DNA from: an uncultured Gammaproteobacteria bacterium
GTDB lineage: Bacteria > Patescibacteriota > Patescibacteriia > Veblenbacterales > UBA10138
Assembly (NCBI GenBank): GCA_964348825.1
Contig: CAYGDX010000001.1
Location: forward strand, 36,625 to 88,765
DNA length: 52,141 nt
Direction of reading: 5' to 3'
Part shown: positions 46,587 to 52,141 of the stretch, piece after piece
How the letters are laid out: each line of letters opens with the position of its first letter
Position numbering within the stretch: the stretch's first letter is position 1
Translations under genes and position numbers: made by a program
Notes under the pieces: model-generated
Databases searched by the model: none
What the model was told of the DNA's origin: nothing
The model's input: only the letters and a program-made list of their open reading frames with translations

Positions 46587-48365
46587 ATGCGAAAGATTTT
46601 TATAGCTTTATTAACTTTAACATTAATAATCCCAGCAGTGGGAGTGCAAGCCGATATATCCTCTGCTGTTACTTATCTTAAACAACAATCCCCAAACGAA
46701 TGGATTACTCAAGCTTTAGTTGCCGCCGGTGAAACAAATGTAGACAAAACTTATTTACAAACATTTACCGGCACCAGTGCCACTGATTATGCAAAACGTA
46801 TTTTAGCAATTGTGGCAGTCGGTGAAAATCCCACAACTTTTGCGGGAACAGATTTAGTGCAAGGTTTAAAAAATTTATCTGTCAGCAATCAAATCGGTGA
46901 TACTAGTTTATTAAATGATGACGCGTGGGGAATTTTAGCTTTGCGCGCGGCCGGCGTGTCGGCAGAAGATAGTGTAATCGCCTCAAGTAAACAATATTTA
47001 TTAAATCATCAAGAAGTAAGTGGCGCTTGGGGTTATGCTTTAGGCAGCGGCGGCGATACCAACGATACTTCAGCTGTTATAATGGCTTTTATTTCCGCTG
47101 GCGAATCATTAACATCAACGGCTATTTCAAACGCTAAAAATTATTTACACACCACCCAAAATACTGATGGCGGATTTCCATATTCAATCGGTACTGAATT
47201 TGGTTCCGAATCCGATTCTGGCTCAACCGCTTGGGTAATGTCGGCTTTAAATAAATTAGGCGAGCAAGTTACAACTTGGAATAAAGGAGATAATACGCCA
47301 GCCACATTTTTAGCTGGCCTACAAACTGCCGATGGTTCATATAAATGGCAAGCTAGCGATACCTCTGGCTCAGTGGCAATGACTGCTTCGGCAGTTGTGG
47401 CGTTGTCGGGTAAAAGTTATCCAGTGGTGTCACAAGTGATTTCTACTTCATCTCCACAAATTAATTTTCGAATTGAAGGAGCAAGTGCGCAAGTATGCCA
47501 AGGAAGTTTACAAGCGGCCGATGCTTTAACCGTGGTAGAAAAAGCAAGCGTACAATGTGGTTTTACTTATCACATTCAAACAATGAGTTTTGGTCCGTAT
47601 TTAGATCAAATTGGTAGCGACACAGCGCAAGGCGCAATGGGTTGGAGTTATTTGGTAAATTATCAGTCGCCATCGGTTGGCGCGCGTGATTATCATTTGC
47701 AAACAGGCGATTCGGTACTATGGTTTTACGGCGAATATAATTTAGTACCAACTCGTTTAACTTTGCAATCAACTCAAATTGGCAGTGGCCAAAGTACAAC
47801 TGCCACAGTTGAGTCGTTTAGTAATCAAGCTTGGTCGCCATTATCAGATGCGCAAGTGGTAGTTGGCAGTTCTACTTTTACAACTAACGCGAGCGGGCAA
47901 ATTAGTTTTAATCCAGCAGATGGGTATTTTAGAGTGTATGCCAAAAAAGATGGATTTATTCGATCCGATTTAGTAGCGCTTCAAGTTGGCACGCCGCTTT
48001 CTAGTTCAGCGGCGCTTAGTGCAAATATTGTGCAGGGTCAGGTGCTCGGCGATAGTACCAGTGTAGCTTTTAATATTAATACCCAAGCGCTTGATTTTGG
48101 TAATCTTAATCCGGGTAGCACAACTAGTAAAACAGTAACAATTTCTAATACTGGAAGTTCGCCAATTGCGGTGGCAACCACAGTAGAAGGCGATATTTTA
48201 TTTAAAGATAATATTAAAGTTGGCGATGCTTCGTGGCGAAATTTTTCTGCCAGTTTAATAAAATCAGAAAACAAGGCCGCACCAGTTAGTTTGCACGTGC
48301 CTAGTGATTATACTGGTAGTGGTGTGAAAAGTGGTAGTATAATATTTTGGGCCATGGCGCAGTAA
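46587..48365 (+). CDS. secreted protein with prenyltransferase/squalene-oxidase-like repeats, DUF4430-like domain and Ig-like domains (putative cobalamin binder)
   Basis: Signal peptide; YLLNHQEVSGAWGY, YLHTTQNTDGGFPY, FLAGLQTADGSY repeats; FGPYLDQIG...GWSYLVNY...YHLQTGDSVLWFYG; downstream of the B12 riboswitch. Confidence 0.8.
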   Translation: MRKIFIALLTLTLIIPAVGVQADISSAVTYLKQQSPNEWITQALVAAGETNVDKTYLQTFTGTSATDYAKRILAIVAVGENPTTFAGTDLVQGLKNLSVSNQIGDTSLLNDDAWGILALRAAGVSAEDSVIASSKQYLLNHQEVSGAWGYALGSGGDTNDTSAVIMAFISAGESLTSTAISNAKNYLHTTQNTDGGFPYSIGTEFGSESDSGSTAWVMSALNKLGEQVTTWNKGDNTPATFLAGLQTADGSYKWQASDTSGSVAMTASAVVALSGKSYPVVSQVISTSSPQINFRIEGASAQVCQGSLQAADALTVVEKASVQCGFTYHIQTMSFGPYLDQIGSDTAQGAMGWSYLVNYQSPSVGARDYHLQTGDSVLWFYGEYNLVPTRLTLQSTQIGSGQSTTATVESFSNQAWSPLSDAQVVVGSSTFTTNASGQISFNPADGYFRVYAKKDGFIRSDLVALQVGTPLSSSAALSANIVQGQVLGDSTSVAFNINTQALDFGNLNPGSTTSKTVTISNTGSSPIAVATTVEGDILFKDNIKVGDASWRNFSASLIKSENKAAPVSLHVPSDYTGSGVKSGSIIFWAMAQ

Positions 48366-48459
48366 TGTTAATTAGCCACTCGTTCCTAGTTCCTAGCCAC
48401 TAGTCAAAACAATACTAGGAACTATTGGCTAGTTGCTAGTGGCGAACAATAATAATCAT

Positions 48460-48966
48460 ATGAAACACATTTATCAAATTTTCATCATCTCTTTACTCCT
48501 TGCCCCACAATTTGTCTTGGCCGCGGGGATTGAAGTTAAGCCCTCTAAACTTAATGTAGAGCTGGGTGCTGGTGGCGGGCAGTACAATTTAGAAATCAAA
48601 AATCCTTCTAAACAAGTACAAGTGTTTGAAGTTTACCCCGATGATTTTGCCGACATTATTTCAGTGAGTCTTGAAAGTTTTACTTTAGAAGCCGGAGCGA
48701 CACGAAGTGTTGTACTGGATATTAAACCAAAAGGGGAAAGTCGGGCGCTTCAAACTAATTTATCAGTGGTCGCTAAGAATTTAGTGGGGCAAAATTTTCC
48801 CGCTCAAGCCGGACTTAAAATTCCAGTGAACATCAGCTTCGCCGGCATACCGCAAGTTGAGAAGGTTATAAATTTACTCACCGCCGCCTATTTTGGCGTA
48901 GGGTTGTTAGTAGTTGGGTTTTTATTGGGCTGGTTTTTTAGCCGGAAGTTTTACAAAGAAAGTTGA
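48460..48966 (+). CDS. hypothetical exported Ig-like protein with C-terminal TM anchor
   Basis: Signal peptide, GIEVKPSKL...IKNPS...FTLEAG pattern, C-terminal hydrophobic helix. Confidence 0.7.
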   Translation: MKHIYQIFIISLLLAPQFVLAAGIEVKPSKLNVELGAGGGQYNLEIKNPSKQVQVFEVYPDDFADIISVSLESFTLEAGATRSVVLDIKPKGESRALQTNLSVVAKNLVGQNFPAQAGLKIPVNISFAGIPQVEKVINLLTAAYFGVGLLVVGFLLGWFFSRKFYKES

Positions 48967-48976
48967 TTTTAAAGAA

Positions 48977-49005
48977 TTGACAATTCAGCCACCTTGTTAT
49001 AAGAT
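48977..49005 (+). promoter_or_regulatory. promoter of the aldehyde dehydrogenase gene
   Basis: TTGACA, 17 bp spacer, TAAGAT. Confidence 0.6.
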
Positions 49006-49085
49006 TTACTCAAAATAAAATCAGTTCGTTTCCAATTAAATAATTATATTAATAACAAAAAACAATCTCTTTGAAAGGAGAAAAC

Positions 49086-50651
49086 ATGCATAAAGATTTT
49101 TTAGATAGTTTATCTATTAACTCTCAGCAGTTGACGAATCTTGTCGGTGGAGCTTGGGTGGATTCAAAAGTTAGTGCCACCCTTATTCACCCTTGTACTG
49201 GGCAACCATTACTCACTTATCCTGATACTCAAGTTGATGAGCTCGAACCGTTTTTGAATGGGTTGAAAAGTTGTCCGAAAAGTGGACTTCATAATCCATT
49301 AAAGAATGTTGATCGTTATCTCATGCTTGGGCAGGTATCATTCAAAGCGGCTATGATGCTTGAAGATCCAGCTGTTGCCGACTATTTCGCCCACCTTATT
49401 CAGTCGGTGATGCCCAAATCATTAAAACAGTGTGTTGGTGAAGTTACTGTTGTTAAACAGTTTCTGAAAAACTTTGGTGGAGATCAAGTACGCTTCTTGG
49501 CAAACGGTACCACCAGTCCGGGTGATCACGCTGGTCAACAACCCCAAGATTACAACTGGCCGTTTGGTTCGGTAGTGATTATAGCGCCATTTAATTTCCC
49601 CTTGGAAATACCGGCATTACAATTAATGGGCGCGCTTTATATGGGTAATCGTCCACTTATTAAATCAGCCACGACTGTTAGCGTTGTTATTGAGCAGTTT
49701 TTAGAACTTCTCCACTTTTGCGGATTGCCGATGACAGATGTAGATTTAATTCATTGTCGTGGCTCGGTGATGAATGAACTAATTAGTCGCGGTAAAGATG
49801 ATATTCGTTTGGTACAATTTACCGGTTCAAACGAGGTGGCTGAAAAATTGGCGGAGTTGATGCATGGTAAAGTACGAGTAGAGGATGCTGGTTTTGATTG
49901 GAAAATTCTTGGTCCAGATTTCAAAACTGAAAATCTTGATTATGTCGCTTATCAATGCGATCAAGACGCCTATGCCGCGTCTGGTCAAAAATGTTCTGCC
50001 ACGTCAATTCTGTTTGCACATGAAAATTGGGTTGCTGCTGGTTTGTTTGAAAAACTTGCACAGCGCGCCGCCACCAGAAATCTTGACGATCTTACCATTG
50101 GTCCGGTACTCACGTGGACAACAGAGGATATGTTAAATCATGTTCAAAAAATTCTGGCTATTCCCGGTTCGCGACTTTTGTTCGGCGGAAATCCATTGAA
50201 GAATCATATTATTCCTTTACAGTATGGGGCTATTCAGCCAACAGCAGTATATGTGCCACTTAAGGAAATGATGAAGCTTGAGAATTTCGGAACTGTCACA
50301 ACTGAGGTATTTGGACCATTTCAAATTGTTACAAGTTACAATGATGACACTTTAGCGTTGGTTTTGGAAGCTTGTGAACGAATGCAGAATCATTTAACAG
50401 CCGCCGTGGTGTCAGATGATCCAGTGTTCGTAAACTATGTTCTTGGTAATACAGTCAATGGCACAACTTATGCCGGAATCAAAGCTCGTACTACTGGAGC
50501 CCCACAAAATCATTGGTTCGGACCTTGTGGAGATCCTCGTGGAGCTGGTATAGGTACACCGAAAGCTATTATAGTAACTTGGAGCTCACAGCGTTGCGTG
50601 ATACGCGACGTTGGCCCAATCAACCATTTGGTTGAACTTATCCAGAGTTAA
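49086..50651 (+). CDS. aldehyde dehydrogenase resembling plant ALDH12 (P5C/glutamate-semialdehyde dehydrogenase)
   Basis: KSGLHNPLKN, NFGGDQVRFLA, APFNFPLEIP, FTGS, EDAGFDWKILGPD, DQDAYAASGQKCSA (catalytic Cys), RTTGAPQNHWFGP; ATG after AAGGAG. Confidence 0.85.
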   Translation: MHKDFLDSLSINSQQLTNLVGGAWVDSKVSATLIHPCTGQPLLTYPDTQVDELEPFLNGLKSCPKSGLHNPLKNVDRYLMLGQVSFKAAMMLEDPAVADYFAHLIQSVMPKSLKQCVGEVTVVKQFLKNFGGDQVRFLANGTTSPGDHAGQQPQDYNWPFGSVVIIAPFNFPLEIPALQLMGALYMGNRPLIKSATTVSVVIEQFLELLHFCGLPMTDVDLIHCRGSVMNELISRGKDDIRLVQFTGSNEVAEKLAELMHGKVRVEDAGFDWKILGPDFKTENLDYVAYQCDQDAYAASGQKCSATSILFAHENWVAAGLFEKLAQRAATRNLDDLTIGPVLTWTTEDMLNHVQKILAIPGSRLLFGGNPLKNHIIPLQYGAIQPTAVYVPLKEMMKLENFGTVTTEVFGPFQIVTSYNDDTLALVLEACERMQNHLTAAVVSDDPVFVNYVLGNTVNGTTYAGIKARTTGAPQNHWFGPCGDPRGAGIGTPKAIIVTWSSQRCVIRDVGPINHLVELIQS

Positions 50652-50672
50652 TAAAATAAATAATAGTTAGGT

Positions 50673-50712
50673 TTCGGTGATTTTGCATAATTAAGCAAAA
50701 TCACCGATTTTT
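50673..50712 (+). terminator. intrinsic terminator between the ALDH gene and proB
   Basis: tcggtgattttgc/gcaaaatcaccga stem followed by a T-run. Confidence 0.75.
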
Positions 50713-50789
50713 TATTCAATATTTAATTAGAATGACTGCTATTGTAATTATCTCATTTTTCTAGTAGAATGCAGTCATTGTTGTATTAT

Positions 50790-51866
50790 ATGAAAAATAT
50801 CACTGTTATAAAAATAGGTAGCAATTCGTTGTTAGATGATAATCATAATATCAACAAGGAGTTTCTTAAACGAATTGTTAGTTTAATTAAGGGTTTGCAA
50901 AGTCGCGGACAAAAGCCCTTATTAGTGTTGTCTGGAGCGGTAGCCACTGGTAAGTCCGATGTAGATGATTTTACATCTCATCAAGCTCGAGCGGCACGTG
51001 GGCAATTGATAATAAGTTCATATATGTATCAACTTGGTGAGCAAGGTAAAGTAAAGTTTGCCCAATTTTTAATTTCCAGACAAGATATTATTCAACGTGA
51101 TAGGTATATTACTTTGCAGAAAACTTTTCAGGAATGTTTAGCTGCGGGAGTTGTACCATTGATTAATGAAAATGATACAACTTCAGCGTTTAACACGCAT
51201 GATTTTGTTGATAATGATCAAATCGCCGCTATAGTTGGAGTAGTAGCTGGGGCTAGTAATATATTTCTTTTTACTAATGTAGCTGGGGTTTTTCGTTTAG
51301 CTCCAGATGATAAAAATACCAATCAAACTCCAATCGCTCGTATAACTGATGTGAATAAAGAGTTGATGAGTTTACATGTCGGTAAAAAAAGTTTAGCTGG
51401 ACGTGGTGGAATGGAATCAAAGCTTCGGTCTGCACGACTGGCTAGTTTTCTTGGTTTAACAACCTATATTCTTGATGGTCGTATTTTAGAACACGCTTTA
51501 GAAATTTTTGACGGCGACGATTGTCGCGGCACAATGTGTTTGCCTTGGCCACATCCAATTTCTTTGTCCGAACGTAGCCAAAGAATAATCGTTTCACATA
51601 CTTCAAGCGCTAGTATTAAAGTTGACGATGGTGCAGTTCGTGCACTTCGTCAACGTAAAAGTTTATTAGCAGTCGGAGTAGTCCAAGTTTATGGTAATTT
51701 TGAGGTACAAGATTCCGTAGAAATTATTGATCAAAAAAATCAACCAATTGCGCTTGGTGTGTCGGCTTTGTCTAGTAGTGGATTAAATAAAATGATTGTT
51801 ATTAAAGAAAAACCTTTTAATACTGAAGTAATTCACGCTGATAATTTAATCCTTTTTCCCCTATGA
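50790..51866 (+). CDS. proB: glutamate 5-kinase with PUA domain
   Basis: VIKIGS, VLSGAVATG, AARGQ, PLINEND, FVDNDQIAA, GRGGMESKL, VDDGAVRAL...KSLL, EVIHADNL. Confidence 0.95.
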   Translation: MKNITVIKIGSNSLLDDNHNINKEFLKRIVSLIKGLQSRGQKPLLVLSGAVATGKSDVDDFTSHQARAARGQLIISSYMYQLGEQGKVKFAQFLISRQDIIQRDRYITLQKTFQECLAAGVVPLINENDTTSAFNTHDFVDNDQIAAIVGVVAGASNIFLFTNVAGVFRLAPDDKNTNQTPIARITDVNKELMSLHVGKKSLAGRGGMESKLRSARLASFLGLTTYILDGRILEHALEIFDGDDCRGTMCLPWPHPISLSERSQRIIVSHTSSASIKVDDGAVRALRQRKSLLAVGVVQVYGNFEVQDSVEIIDQKNQPIALGVSALSSSGLNKMIVIKEKPFNTEVIHADNLILFPL

Positions 51867-52141
51867 AAAATTATAAAATAATTATAATTGGCGGTGGTAA
51901 TATGGGCACAGCTGTATTACAATCTTTGTTGCGTATAAAAGGTATACTACCCAAACAAATTACGGTTGTAGAGCATAGTGCTAAAAAAAGAAAAGAATTA
52001 GCTACTAAGTTTTTAGTTAATGTTAATTTAAATTTAGACCCAGAAATTATTAGTCGCGCTACTATTGTATTAATTGCTGTTAAGCCGCAAGATTTTTTAG
52101 TGGTGGTAAATGGTATTAAAAATTATTTGAGTAGAGATAGT
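51863..52141 (+). CDS. proC: pyrroline-5-carboxylate reductase, 5' part (truncated by window edge)
   Basis: MKNYKIIIIGGGNMGTAV...IVLIAVKPQD; ATGA overlap with the proB stop. Confidence 0.92.
   Translation, partial: MKNYKIIIIGGGNMGTAVLQSLLRIKGILPKQITVVEHSAKKRKELATKFLVNVNLNLDPEIISRATIVLIAVKPQDFLVVVNGIKNYLSRDS

Noticed and set aside
46587..47430. Terpene cyclase or prenyltransferase enzyme
   Set aside because: Has a signal peptide, no obvious cyclase DxDD motif, and its B12-riboswitch/DUF4430 context favours a binding protein

Overview
Low-GC bacterial chromosomal segment. The gene set, a pilin-headed giant surface protein and dense intergenic repeats suggest a Patescibacteria/CPR (Parcubacteria-like) genome; this is an inference. 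The housekeeping backbone is parA(3' end)-parB, a short relA/spoT, topA, dprA, mfd, pth, der, an LCP protein, tRNA-Val(CAC), lepB, hisS, rpsU, yqeY, ybeY, dgkA, ftsA, ftsZ and nrdR. Accessory content: (1) a complete diversity-generating retroelement (DGR) between pth and der. Its VR (13820-13951) differs from the TR (14351-14482) at 17 positions, all TR adenines. The avd gene is antisense and overlaps the RT 5' end across a G11 tract, and the TR appears to have its own promoter and terminator. (2) A 3756-aa Cys-rich Ig/IPT/LamG surface protein with two thrombospondin-type-3-like repeat neighbours. (3) A cobalamin module: NrdR boxes, nrdR, class II RNR, PduO, a DUF4430-like protein, an ECF-S-like protein, a B12 riboswitch and a transcobalamin-like protein. 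(4) A plant-type ALDH12/P5CDH next to proB-proC. (5) Several families of palindromic and heptamer intergenic repeats, three copies of a covarying ~170-190 nt rod-like element, and a candidate promoter-driven orphan ncRNA between mfd and pth. All alignments, counts and folds were done by eye; no database searches were run.
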